A DNA stretch of 64,000 nt from Chthoniobacterales bacterium (GTDB lineage Bacteria; Verrucomicrobiota; Verrucomicrobiia; Chthoniobacterales; Chthoniobacteraceae), in assembly GCA_038207335.1 (NCBI GenBank), contig JBBQZX010000015.1, positions 1 to 64,000 on the forward strand, in the 5' to 3' direction. A program made the position numbers and the translations under genes. The notes beneath the pieces are model-generated. The model saw only the letters and a program-made list of their open reading frames with translations. It ran no database searches and was not told the DNA's origin. This document shows, piece by piece, positions 1 through 11,519 of this stretch (position 1 is the stretch's first letter; every line of letters starts with the position of its first letter).

Positions 1-597
1 AGCCGCACCACCTGCATCTACGCCGGCAGCAACATCGACCCCACCCCCGTCCCCCTCCAAAACGACGGCTACACCAACCAAACCATCCTCTTCATCGGCA
101 TCGACTGGCAGCGCAAAGGCGGACCCACCCTCCTCGCCGCCTTCCACCTCATCCTCGCCCAGCTCCCCGCCGCCCGCCTCGTCATCATCGGCTGCGACCC
201 CGGCATCACCCACCCCCGCATCACCATCACCGGGCGCATCCCCCGCGAGCAGGTCAAAGAGCACCTCACCCGCGCCACCCTCTTCTGCCTCCCCACCCGC
301 ATCGAGCCCTTCGGCATCGCCGTCGTCGAAGCCTTCCACCACGCCCTCCCCGTCGTCGCCACGAATATCGGCGCCATGCCCGGCCTCATCATTGAGGGCG
401 AAACCGGCCACCTCGTCCCCCCCGAAGACCCCCCTGCCCTCGCCCACGCCCTCCTCACCCTCCTCCGCGACCCTGAAAAATGCCGACGCTTCGGCGAACT
501 CGGCCGCCTCCGCATGGCCGCCGACTACACCTGGGACGCCGCCGGCGCCAAACTCCGCCAAGCCATCCTCCCCCACCTCCTCCCCACAAAAGGCTAA
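1..597 (+). CDS. Glycosyltransferase family 4 (5' partial)
   Basis: Frame 1 is open from base 1 to the stop at 597. It reads ILFIGIDWQRKGG...LFCLPTRIEPFGIAVVEA...PVVATNIGAM, with the GT-B E-x7-E motif. Confidence 0.9.
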   Translation, partial: SRTTCIYAGSNIDPTPVPLQNDGYTNQTILFIGIDWQRKGGPTLLAAFHLILAQLPAARLVIIGCDPGITHPRITITGRIPREQVKEHLTRATLFCLPTRIEPFGIAVVEAFHHALPVVATNIGAMPGLIIEGETGHLVPPEDPPALAHALLTLLRDPEKCRRFGELGRLRMAADYTWDAAGAKLRQAILPHLLPTKG

Positions 598-631
598 CCT
601 CCTCCTCCTCCGCCTCCCAGCAGAAACTCAT

Positions 632-736
632 TCTCTGAAGGCAGCGGTGCGGTCTTTGAGATCAGAGAATGATTCTTTGAGAGCAAAGAATGAATCTTCG
701 CCATTTGCGAATGAGCCGATGAGAAGGCACGAGCGT
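632..736. repeat. Degenerate 21-nt tandem repeat (about 5 units)
   Basis: Units start at 632, 653, 674 and 695: tctctgaaggcagcggtgcgg / tctttgagatcagagaatgat / tctttgagagcaaagaatgaa / tcttcgccatttgcgaatgag. Confidence 0.7.
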
Positions 737-862
737 GACGGAGCAGCGGTTTCTGTATGTCGTGTTTCTTCTCGTTCCCGGGTTTGAGCTTGGGAACTCA
801 AGGCTACAAGGACGCTGTGGAATGGAAACTCGACAGCGGATTCAGCTTCTCTAATCAAGGGC

Positions 863-1681
863 ATGTTTCCTACGCCGCTCTTGCTTTTCGCGTCTTCTCC
901 GGTCGCTCCCGGCCTCCGCCTCCGACTCCCCTTTCACTTTAGCTCCTGCTTCGCCTTGGCGGTCTCTCTGGGCTGCTGGGCCTCGTGTCCGAGCCAGGCG
1001 GCGACCATTACCTGGGGAGCCCCGACCTCTGTGTCTGCCGACTCGAATGTCTCGACGCTCGGGACGTTGGTTTACGCTTACAACATCACGGAGAACGCCG
1101 CAGTGTCCCCGGTGACGGTCAATGGGGTGACTTTCGCCCGATTTGCGGTGGGAGCGAGCGACTCTCCTGTGACGGTGGGGGCTGCGACGCTGAAGCCGAC
1201 GGCCTTTTTCGATGGAAAAAATACCGGTCTCGGGTCTTCCGCTGCGCCTTTCGTCGGTCTGACGAGCGCCTATCGGACGCTGCTGGACCGCGCGACCACG
1301 GACTATTTGAGCGCGCAGATCACGCTCACGCTCGGCGGGCTGACCTCGGGGCAGAGCTATCTGGTGCAGTTTTGGTCAAACGATTCGGCCGCTCTCTTTT
1401 GGAACGCGGCATCGGACGATACGAAGACGCTCTTCTCCGCGGGGAATACGGTGACTTTGGACATGAATAATACGAACGCGGAAGGGGGACTGGGTCAGTG
1501 GGTGACGGGGACTTTTGTGGCGAGTGGCCCGACCCAGGATGTGACGATCGGCAGGGTCGGTGCGAGCCATCTGGTGCTCAACGCCTTCCAACTGCGACAG
1601 ATACCGGAACCATCCTCGGTGGTGCTCCTCGGATGTGCCGGGCTCTCGCTGGTGCTGGCGCGGCGGAGGCGAACGAATTGA
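863..1681 (+). CDS. PEP-CTERM sorting domain protein
   Basis: N-terminal signal-like region ending in SQA-ATITW. C-terminus IPEPSSVVLLGCAGLSLVLARRRR. Start uncertain. Confidence 0.85.
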   Translation: MFPTPLLLFASSPVAPGLRLRLPFHFSSCFALAVSLGCWASCPSQAATITWGAPTSVSADSNVSTLGTLVYAYNITENAAVSPVTVNGVTFARFAVGASDSPVTVGAATLKPTAFFDGKNTGLGSSAAPFVGLTSAYRTLLDRATTDYLSAQITLTLGGLTSGQSYLVQFWSNDSAALFWNAASDDTKTLFSAGNTVTLDMNNTNAEGGLGQWVTGTFVASGPTQDVTIGRVGASHLVLNAFQLRQIPEPSSVVLLGCAGLSLVLARRRRTN

Positions 1682-1708
1682 GCTCGACCCGGAGATCGTC
1701 GCAGCGAA

Positions 1709-3034
1709 CTAGGGCTGCGCTTTTCTCCAGGCGAGGGCACGGGAGGTGAGCTGCTTGGTGAGGGCGGGCTGGGTGTCGGTGAGGTTTTGGGTTTCTTTGG
1801 GGTCGGCGGCGATGTCGTAGAGCTCGGTGCCGGTGCCGTCGGGTTGCGTGAGGAGCTTCCACTGGCCGTCGCGGATGGCGATGCCGGGGCTGCGGTCGCG
1901 GGGGATGCCGGGGTATTTGAACCACTTTTCGTTGCGCCCGTATTCCCAGAGGAGGGGCTGGCGGCGGGTGGCGACGGGCTGGCCGGTGAGGGCGGCGGTC
2001 ATGTCCTGGCCGTCGAGCATGGCGCCCTCGGGGAGGGGCGCGCCGGCGATGGCGCAGAGGGTGGGGAGGAGATCGACGGCGCTGAGGAGGGTGTCGGTGT
2101 CGGTGCAGGCGGCGGGTGTGCGGGCGGGCCAGCGGACGATGAAAGGCATGTGGATGCCGCTCTCGTAGAGGGAGAGCTTCGAGCCGCGGAGTCCGGTGGA
2201 GCGGGCGCCGTGGAAGGTGGGGAGTGGGCCGTTGTCGCTGGTGAAGATGAGGAGGGTGTCGTGGGTGAGGCCGAGTTTTTCCAGGCCGTCGAGGAGGCGG
2301 CCGATCTGGCGGTCGGTCTCGGCGAGGACGGGGCGGAAATTCTCGGGGGTGTCGCCGCGCGGTGCGCCAGCGGCGGGGACCCAGGGGGTGTGGACGTCGT
2401 CGGGCCAGAGATTCACGAAGCAGGGGCCGGCGTCTTTGTGGCGGGCGAGGAAGTCGAGGGTTTTATCCACGAAGTATCCGGTGCGCTCCCAGCGCTTGAT
2501 TTTGTCTTTGTCGGACCAAATCCAATTGGTCGCGGTGATGTCGGGGTCGGGCTCGGGGCTTTCCCAAGTGCTGGCGTGTTCGTCGTAGCCGTAGGCGGTG
2601 AATTTCGGCGCGTCATGCACGTCGCGTCCGCCGCCGAGGTGCCACTTTCCAAAGTGCGCGGTGGAGTAGCCCGCGGCCTTCAGCGCGCGCGGGAGCGAGG
2701 GCGCGGCGGGGTCGAGGAAGTCGGCCTGCTCGCACCCGCGGTTGCCCTCCCGCGACTGGAGAAAGCTCGTGATGCGCACGCTGGCGGGGAACATTCCCGT
2801 GATGATCCCGGCGCGCGAAGGAGAGCAGATCGGCGCGGCGGAGTAGTATTGGGCAAAGCGGGTGCCCTCGGTGGCGAGGCGGTCGATATTCGGCGTGGGA
2901 GCCTGGGTGCCGCCGTAGCAGCCGACGTCGCCGATGCCCATGTCATCGGTGAGAAAGACGATGATGTGTGGCTTTTCCGCAGCCAGCGCGGATGCCGTGA
3001 GAAGTGCGAGGCCCAGGAGGATGAGGGATTTCAT
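1709..3034 (-). CDS. Arylsulfatase-family sulfatase (Cys-type FGly)
   Basis: Signal peptide MKSLILLG..., KPHIIVFLTDDMG, CSPSR (CxPxR), GKWHLG and SDNGP. Start trimmed to the ATG at 3034. Confidence 0.93.
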   Translation of the reverse strand: MKSLILLGLALLTASALAAEKPHIIVFLTDDMGIGDVGCYGGTQAPTPNIDRLATEGTRFAQYYSAAPICSPSRAGIITGMFPASVRITSFLQSREGNRGCEQADFLDPAAPSLPRALKAAGYSTAHFGKWHLGGGRDVHDAPKFTAYGYDEHASTWESPEPDPDITATNWIWSDKDKIKRWERTGYFVDKTLDFLARHKDAGPCFVNLWPDDVHTPWVPAAGAPRGDTPENFRPVLAETDRQIGRLLDGLEKLGLTHDTLLIFTSDNGPLPTFHGARSTGLRGSKLSLYESGIHMPFIVRWPARTPAACTDTDTLLSAVDLLPTLCAIAGAPLPEGAMLDGQDMTAALTGQPVATRRQPLLWEYGRNEKWFKYPGIPRDRSPGIAIRDGQWKLLTQPDGTGTELYDIAADPKETQNLTDTQPALTKQLTSRALAWRKAQP

Positions 3035-3137
3035 GTCGATCTCATGGTGCAGCGGCAGCGCGCCCCGACGCGAGCGTTGTCCGCTTTTCGATGCGCGACA
3101 AATGGATGGGCACGGGTACTTTGCGCGGACACACACG

Positions 3138-6100
3138 ATGATCGAGAGCGGCGGCAAACCTCAGCGGTTCATCTTTCAGGATCCGCAAGGCCGCCGCTGG
3201 CCACGTCTGCGGCGCGTGCTCGCGGTGTGGCTGCTGCTGGTCGTCGCGGCGCTGGTGTGGTTCATCTGGGCGATCCTCGTCCGGCCGGAACTCAAGCTCC
3301 CACGGGCCTTGCGCGACATGAAGGGGCAGCTCCGCGCGGCGATCAAAAGCGCCGCGAAAGCGCCCGGCGACCGGAACGCGCTGAACTGGCAAAAGTATTA
3401 CGAACAGACTCCCGCCGCGCAGGAGCGCCTCGCCCGCATCCGTGCGCAAGCGCGCAAACCGAAGCCGCAGAACGGGCGCATCCGGCTGGCGTTTTACGTG
3501 GATTGGGACCCGGGGAGCTTCGCCTCGCTGGAGGAGCACGCCGCCGCGATCACGCACGTCGCGCCGGAATGGTTCACGCTCGATAAAACCGACAGCGAAC
3601 TCACCTACGACCCCGACCCGAAGCTCGCGACTTTCGCCGCCACCCGCGGCATCTCGGTGATGCCGCTGCTCGACAATCTCGCCGGCGACGAGTGGCAGCC
3701 CGAGGCGGTTGAAAATCTCGCGAACGGCTCCGCGGACAAGCGCGCTGCATTCATCCGGGAGCTCGTCGGCGACGTCCTCCGCGCGAAAGCTGGCGGCGTG
3801 ATTATCAATTGGGAGCAGGTCGATCCGGTCTACCGCGACCAATACACAGCGCTGCTGCAGGAGCTCGCGGATGGCCTGCACGACTCGGGGAGGGAGCTGT
3901 GGTTCATGATCGCGATCGGCGAGGATTTCAACACGTTCGACATTGAGGCGCTCGCCGATTTCGTCGATCGCTTCGTCGCGGTTTTCTATGACGAGAATTC
4001 CGACGGCGACGAGCCCGGTCCCATTGCAGCAAAAGATTGGATCGAAGGCTGGCTCGGAGTCATCGCGAATTTCGGCGACCCCGAGCAGTGGATCGGCGCG
4101 CTCGGCGCATACGCATTCGACTGGAATACGACGCGGAAGAAAACAGAGACGATCAGCTTCAAGGACGCGATGAGCCGCGCGAGTTACGCGGGCGTCGATC
4201 AAAGCGGAGACGTCACGGAAACCGCCGCGCCGAGCTACAACGCGCAGTTCGATTTCAATGACGGCGACGAGGAGCACACCATCTCGTTTCTCGACGCCCT
4301 CTCATTTTACAACGCGCGCCGGCTCATGCTGGAGGCGAAGTTCGCGGGCATCGGGATCAACCGACTCGGCACCGAAGACCCGCAAATCTGGGACGTGCTC
4401 GATGCGCGTGATGCCACGTCGAAAGCCGCGCAGAAAACGCTCTCCGCACTCAAAGCCACCGACACGATCACGCACGTCGGGCGCGGCGAGATCGTGAGCG
4501 TCGATGAAAATCGCGACGACGGTTCGCGCGTCGTGAGCCTCGATCCCGGCGGCTGGCTGAGCGCGCGCTACACGCGCTTCCCGACCTATCCGATCTTGTA
4601 CCACCAAGGCGCGGGCGGCGATCACGAGGTCGCGATCACCTTCGACGATGGACCCGATCCCGAGTGGACTCCGAAGATTCTAGACATCCTGAAAACGCGC
4701 GGCGTGAAGGCGTGCTTCTTCCTCGTCGGGCAAAATGCGGAGGACTATCCGGGGCTCGTCCAGCGCATCGTGGATGAGGGCCACGAGATCGGAAACCACA
4801 CCTACACGCACGCGAATCTCGCGCTGATGTCGCCCTTCCGAATGAAGCTGGAACTCAACATGACGCAGCGCGTCATCGAGAGCATCACGGGCCGCTCGAT
4901 CACGCTTTTCCGTCCGCCCTACAACGCCGACTCGACCCCCGGCACCATCGCCGAACTCGCGCCGCTGAAGCTCGCGCAGGACGACCTCGGCTACACCGTC
5001 GTGCTCGAGAAAATCGACCCGCAGGATTGGGCGCAGCCCGGCGCCGACGAGATCGTGCAGCGTGTGAAGGACCTGCGCTCCGACGGAAATATCATTCTGC
5101 TCCACGACGCGGGCGGCGACCGCTCCGAGACCGTCGAGGCGCTGCCGCGCATCATCGATTATCTGGAAGTCCGCGGCGACCGGATCGTCCCGCTAAGCCA
5201 GCTGCTGAACATCCCACGCGACGAACTCATGCCGCTCACGCAGAGCGGCGCGCAGCGTGTCGAGCGCATGGTCGCGGGCACGGGCTTCAAGCTCTGGCAC
5301 GGGATCGTCGAGCTTTTCTGGTCGTTCATGATATTCGCCACCGCAGTTGTCGTCGCCCGCACGCTGCTCATCGCATGGCTCGCGAAACGCCACCACCATC
5401 GCGCCCCCGCGGGGATCGCCGATCCTGACAATGCCGCTCCGGTTAGCGTCATCATCGCTGCATTCAACGAAGGCAAAGTCATAGGCCGCACGCTCCGCTC
5501 AGTCCTCGATACCGACTACACCGGAGCGTTCGAGCTGCTCGTTATCGACGACGGCTCGCACGACGACACTGTCGCCGAGGTCGAATGCGTCGCCGCCGCC
5601 GACCCGCGCGTCCGCCTTTTGCGCCAGCAGAATAGCGGCAAATCCGCCGCCCTCCGCCTCGGACTTTCGCAAGCCGAACACGACACCATCGTCTTCCTTG
5701 ACGCCGACACGCACTTCGAGAGCGGCACTCTGCGCGCACTCGTCCGTCCGCTTTCAAACCCGCTCGTCGGCGCAGTCAGCGGCCACGCGCGCGTCGGAAA
5801 TTTGCGCACCTTCGTCGCCCGCTGCCAGAGCCTCGAATACATCTGCGGCTTCAATCTAGACCGCCGCGCCTACACCGATTGGAACTGCATCACCGTTGTC
5901 CCAGGCGCGATCAGCGCATTCCGAAAAAGCGCGATCGCAGCCGCCGGCGGCCTCTCACACGACACGCTAGCCGAGGACACCGACATCACGCTCACGCTCC
6001 ACCGACTCGGATACCGCATCGAGTACGCGCCCGACGCCGTCGCATGGACCGAGGCTCCGGAAACCTTTCGCACGCTTGCAAAGCAGCGCTTCCGTTGGGC

Positions 6101-6521
6101 CTTCGGCACCATGCAGTGCCTGTGGAAGCATCGCGACCTCGTCTTCAATCCGCGCTTCCTCGCGCTCGGCTGGTTCAGCCTCCCGAGCGTCTGGTTCTTC
6201 CAAATCGCCCTCGTCGCACTCACCCCCTTCGTCGATGCGATCCTGCTCTATTCCGTCCTCTTCGGCCACGCCACAGCCATCTGGTTTTACCTCGTCATCT
6301 TCTTCGCGCTCGATCTATTCCTCGCCTCCCTCGCCTGCTGGATGGAAGGTGAACGCCTCCGCCAGGCATTCATGATCATCCCGATGCGCCTCGCCTACCG
6401 CCCGCTGCTCGCGTGGGTCATTTGGAAATCCATCTTCCGCGCCCTCCGCGGCGCGATCGTCGGCTGGGGAAAACTCGAGCGCACAGGTACCGTGGGCGCT
6501 CGGGGAGCGGCCGATACTTAA
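3138..6521 (+). CDS. GH18-like / polysaccharide deacetylase (CE4) / GT2 fusion, membrane polysaccharide synthase
   Basis: N-terminal TM, then a GH18-like domain (GGVIINWE), NodB motifs TFDDGP, HTYTH, RPPY and LLHD, then GT2 motifs DDGS, DAD, TLAED and QRFRW with C-terminal TMs. Confidence 0.9.
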   Translation: MIESGGKPQRFIFQDPQGRRWPRLRRVLAVWLLLVVAALVWFIWAILVRPELKLPRALRDMKGQLRAAIKSAAKAPGDRNALNWQKYYEQTPAAQERLARIRAQARKPKPQNGRIRLAFYVDWDPGSFASLEEHAAAITHVAPEWFTLDKTDSELTYDPDPKLATFAATRGISVMPLLDNLAGDEWQPEAVENLANGSADKRAAFIRELVGDVLRAKAGGVIINWEQVDPVYRDQYTALLQELADGLHDSGRELWFMIAIGEDFNTFDIEALADFVDRFVAVFYDENSDGDEPGPIAAKDWIEGWLGVIANFGDPEQWIGALGAYAFDWNTTRKKTETISFKDAMSRASYAGVDQSGDVTETAAPSYNAQFDFNDGDEEHTISFLDALSFYNARRLMLEAKFAGIGINRLGTEDPQIWDVLDARDATSKAAQKTLSALKATDTITHVGRGEIVSVDENRDDGSRVVSLDPGGWLSARYTRFPTYPILYHQGAGGDHEVAITFDDGPDPEWTPKILDILKTRGVKACFFLVGQNAEDYPGLVQRIVDEGHEIGNHTYTHANLALMSPFRMKLELNMTQRVIESITGRSITLFRPPYNADSTPGTIAELAPLKLAQDDLGYTVVLEKIDPQDWAQPGADEIVQRVKDLRSDGNIILLHDAGGDRSETVEALPRIIDYLEVRGDRIVPLSQLLNIPRDELMPLTQSGAQRVERMVAGTGFKLWHGIVELFWSFMIFATAVVVARTLLIAWLAKRHHHRAPAGIADPDNAAPVSVIIAAFNEGKVIGRTLRSVLDTDYTGAFELLVIDDGSHDDTVAEVECVAAADPRVRLLRQQNSGKSAALRLGLSQAEHDTIVFLDADTHFESGTLRALVRPLSNPLVGAVSGHARVGNLRTFVARCQSLEYICGFNLDRRAYTDWNCITVVPGAISAFRKSAIAAAGGLSHDTLAEDTDITLTLHRLGYRIEYAPDAVAWTEAPETFRTLAKQRFRWAFGTMQCLWKHRDLVFNPRFLALGWFSLPSVWFFQIALVALTPFVDAILLYSVLFGHATAIWFYLVIFFALDLFLASLACWMEGERLRQAFMIIPMRLAYRPLLAWVIWKSIFRALRGAIVGWGKLERTGTVGARGAADT

Positions 6522-6522
6522 C

Positions 6523-6658
6523 TTTGAATGTTGAAGTTTGAATCCCCGAACGTCGTGCGATTCGCGGCAATCCTTGTGGCAGCCTTGCTTTCCGGCTGCG
6601 GCAAAAGCGGATCCGCGAGCGATCCCAATTCAAAACTCAAAATTCAAAATTCAAAATT
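6523..6658. repeat. Inverted pair of heptamer tandem repeats (TTTGAAT x3 ... AATTCAA x4)
   Basis: tttgaat-gttgaag-tttgaat at 6523-6543 and aattcaa-aactcaa-aattcaa-aattcaa at 6627-6654. Confidence 0.7.
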
Positions 6659-7673
6659 GGCTCTGCCAACGCAGGGCTGCTACACGGGCGCTTACATCGA
6701 CTTCGGCGACACCGAGGACGGCGTCACGCTCGAGGGGATCGAGAAATTCGAGCAGATGGTCGGGAAGCATCAGGCCATTGTCGCGAGCTCGAGCTATTGG
6801 GGGGAGCAGACTTTCCCCAATGCCAACGTGCGCCTCATTACGCGGCACGGGTCCATCCCACTCATCTTCTGGTCGCCGTGGGATCGCCCATACGTCGAGG
6901 GGCGCGGGCCGGATAAATATTCGCTGACCAGCATCATCGCCGGAGACCACGACGCCTACATCGACAGATGGGCCGACTCTGCGCGCGACTTCGGCCAGCC
7001 GATGATCGTCTCATTTGCCAATGAAATGAACGGCTCTTGGTTTCCGTGGAGCGGCGTCCTCTCCGGCGGCGACAAACAAATCCCGGACACGAAACCGCCG
7101 AAATTCGACGGGCCCGAAACCTTCAAAAAAGCGTGGCGGCACGTCGTCGAGCGAGTGCGCGCGCGGCACGCCACGAATGTCCAATGGGTGCTGCACCTCA
7201 TGAATTACTCGATGCCGCAGGAAGAGTGGAACCTCGCGGCCCAATACTATCCGGGCTCCGATTATTGCGACTGGCTCGGCTTCAGTTTATACGGCTCGCA
7301 GTTTCCCAGCGACGGCAAATGGGCGCCCTTCTTCCCGCTCTTCGACTGGCCCTACACCGAACTCACGCTACTCGACCCTACAAAGCCGATCATGGTCTGC
7401 GAATGGGGCGTCGGCGAGCTGCCCGACCTCGGCGACAAAGCCGAGTGGATTCGCGACGGCTTCCGCGTGATGAAAGACGCGAAATTTCCCCGCTTGAAGG
7501 CGATCGTCTTCTGGCACGAGCGCTGGCAAAACAGCGACGGCGAAGACGCCGGCAAATACTCCAACCTCCGCGTCAACTCGACGCCCGAGTCCCTCGAAGC
7601 CTACCGTCAGGGCGTCGCCGACCCATTTTACCTCTCCCACCCGGTTCTCGAGAAAATCGAACCTGCGCCATAG
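6555..7673 (+). CDS. Glycoside hydrolase family 26-like lipoprotein
   Basis: Lipobox LLSG-C. Motifs FANEMNGSWFPW, YYPGSDYCDWLG and KPIMVCEWG. GTG 6555 preferred over ATG 6528. Confidence 0.85.
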   Translation: MRFAAILVAALLSGCGKSGSASDPNSKLKIQNSKLALPTQGCYTGAYIDFGDTEDGVTLEGIEKFEQMVGKHQAIVASSSYWGEQTFPNANVRLITRHGSIPLIFWSPWDRPYVEGRGPDKYSLTSIIAGDHDAYIDRWADSARDFGQPMIVSFANEMNGSWFPWSGVLSGGDKQIPDTKPPKFDGPETFKKAWRHVVERVRARHATNVQWVLHLMNYSMPQEEWNLAAQYYPGSDYCDWLGFSLYGSQFPSDGKWAPFFPLFDWPYTELTLLDPTKPIMVCEWGVGELPDLGDKAEWIRDGFRVMKDAKFPRLKAIVFWHERWQNSDGEDAGKYSNLRVNSTPESLEAYRQGVADPFYLSHPVLEKIEPAP

Positions 7674-7722
7674 CAAATTTCATCGGGCGCCGTGGGGCGC
7701 ATAACGCTTCGAGAGTGGTCTG

Positions 7723-8631
7723 CTAGCGCGTCGTTTTGCTTCCCGGGCCGAGGTGACTGATGAAGAAGTTGGCCATCTCGGCAAGGCGCTCACCGGTAAC
7801 GAAGGCAGGGCTGCCATGCCCAGCGCCAGCGATGATGTCGAGAGTGCTCTCCACGCCGGCTTTTTTGAGGGCGGCGTTGAGGGATTCGCTTTGTTGCAGA
7901 GGGACGAGTTTGTCCTGATCGCCGTGCATGATCAGGAATGGGGCAGAGTCTTTGGAGACGAAGTAGATGGGGCTGGCGGATTTCGCGGCCTCGTCATGAG
8001 CGCTGACGGGGCCGCCGATCAGGCGGCAGATGGGCGACTTCGGATCGTCGATGCGTGGAGCGGCAAGGCCACCCCAGTGGAGGAAATCCGCGGGACCAAA
8101 CCAATCGAGAACGCATTGCACGCCGCTGGATTGATCGAGATTTTCGCCATGATCGAAGACGTGCGTCTCACCCGTCGTGCCAAGCAGTGCCACAAGATGT
8201 CCGCCCGCCGAGGCACCCCACGCACCGATACGCGACGGGTCGATGCCATTTTCAGCCGCATGAGCGCGCAACCAGCGGACGGCCGACTTACAGTCCTCGA
8301 TCTGCGCGGGAAAAATTGCGTGCTGGCTAAGACGGTAGCCGATGCTGGCGACGGCAAACCCTTTGTTAAGCATCCCTAGCGCTGGGCAGCCGTCTTTGTT
8401 TCCACCCTCCCATCCGCCGCCATGCACCCACACGATCAATGGCCGATTGATTCCTCCCGCTGGAAGGTAAAGGTCTAGCTTCTGCCGCTCATGTCCATCT
8501 GGGACATATGGAATATCCTTCGTGACTTTCGCGCCCGGCGGAAGCGGATCGGCAAAGGCGGGGACAGAAAAAACGACGGCGAGAGTAGCCGAAGTAGCGG
8601 CAATCCAATGAGCAAGCGAGCGAGGTGACAT
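7723..8631 (-). CDS. Secreted alpha/beta hydrolase (esterase/lipase)
   Basis: HGGGW oxyanion motif, GASAG nucleophile, HGDQD and GAGH. Signal peptide present. Confidence 0.9.
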   Translation of the reverse strand: MSPRSLAHWIAATSATLAVVFSVPAFADPLPPGAKVTKDIPYVPDGHERQKLDLYLPAGGINRPLIVWVHGGGWEGGNKDGCPALGMLNKGFAVASIGYRLSQHAIFPAQIEDCKSAVRWLRAHAAENGIDPSRIGAWGASAGGHLVALLGTTGETHVFDHGENLDQSSGVQCVLDWFGPADFLHWGGLAAPRIDDPKSPICRLIGGPVSAHDEAAKSASPIYFVSKDSAPFLIMHGDQDKLVPLQQSESLNAALKKAGVESTLDIIAGAGHGSPAFVTGERLAEMANFFISHLGPGSKTTR

Positions 8632-8686
8632 ACGAACCCGACACTAGCCAATCCCGCGCTCGTGTCTCAACTAAAGACTCTCTCCG

Positions 8687-9100
8687 TCACGAATGCCTGC
8701 GCCGCTTCACATGAAGCTGCGCCAGCGACTTGAGCAACGAGGCCTGCACTGCAGCTGTCTCTTCGTTGCCGAGGTCTTGTGGGTTCTTCAGGGCTTCTTC
8801 CGCGCGCTTCACGGCAGCTTCCGCAGCTGCTTCATCGATCGCGCGCTCCTCGATCGCCATGTCTGTCAGAATGCGGACGTGTGTCTGCGTGATCTCGACG
8901 AATCCCTCACCGACCGCGAGGTGCAGCGTCTCCACGCCTTTGCTAACGACTAGCTCTCCCGGCTTGATCTGAGTCATCACCGGGACGTGCATCGGTAACA
9001 CGCCCATCTCGCCCTCGACCGCGGGGATCACGACCATCTCGACGTCGTCGCTATATGCCTGTCGCTCAGGGGTGACGATTTCGAGTCGCAGTGTAGCCAT
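8687..9100 (-). CDS. atpC: ATP synthase F1 epsilon
   Basis: LEIVTPE...GEMGVLPMH; last gene of the atp operon. Confidence 0.96.
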   Translation of the reverse strand: MATLRLEIVTPERQAYSDDVEMVVIPAVEGEMGVLPMHVPVMTQIKPGELVVSKGVETLHLAVGEGFVEITQTHVRILTDMAIEERAIDEAAAEAAVKRAEEALKNPQDLGNEETAAVQASLLKSLAQLHVKRRRHS

Positions 9101-9110
9101 TGGGAAAGTG

Positions 9111-9180
9111 GAGAGTTGTTGGTTGAGAGTTGGGAGTCAGACGCCTTGAAAGTCTCTGAAACTCTCAACTCTCGACTCGC
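9111..9180. repeat. Inverted heptamer repeats (GAGAGTT / AACTCTC) between atpD and atpC
   Basis: gagagtt at 9111 and 9125; aactctc at 9160 and 9167. Able to form a hairpin. Confidence 0.6.
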
Positions 9181-9189
9181 AATGCGGAA

Positions 9190-11513
<2,324 letters not shown>

Positions 11514-11519
11514 GTGACG

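Noticed and set aside
1787..3586. 599-aa plus-strand ORF
   Set aside because: Antisense shadow of the sulfatase, caused by high-GC codon bias; no motifs.
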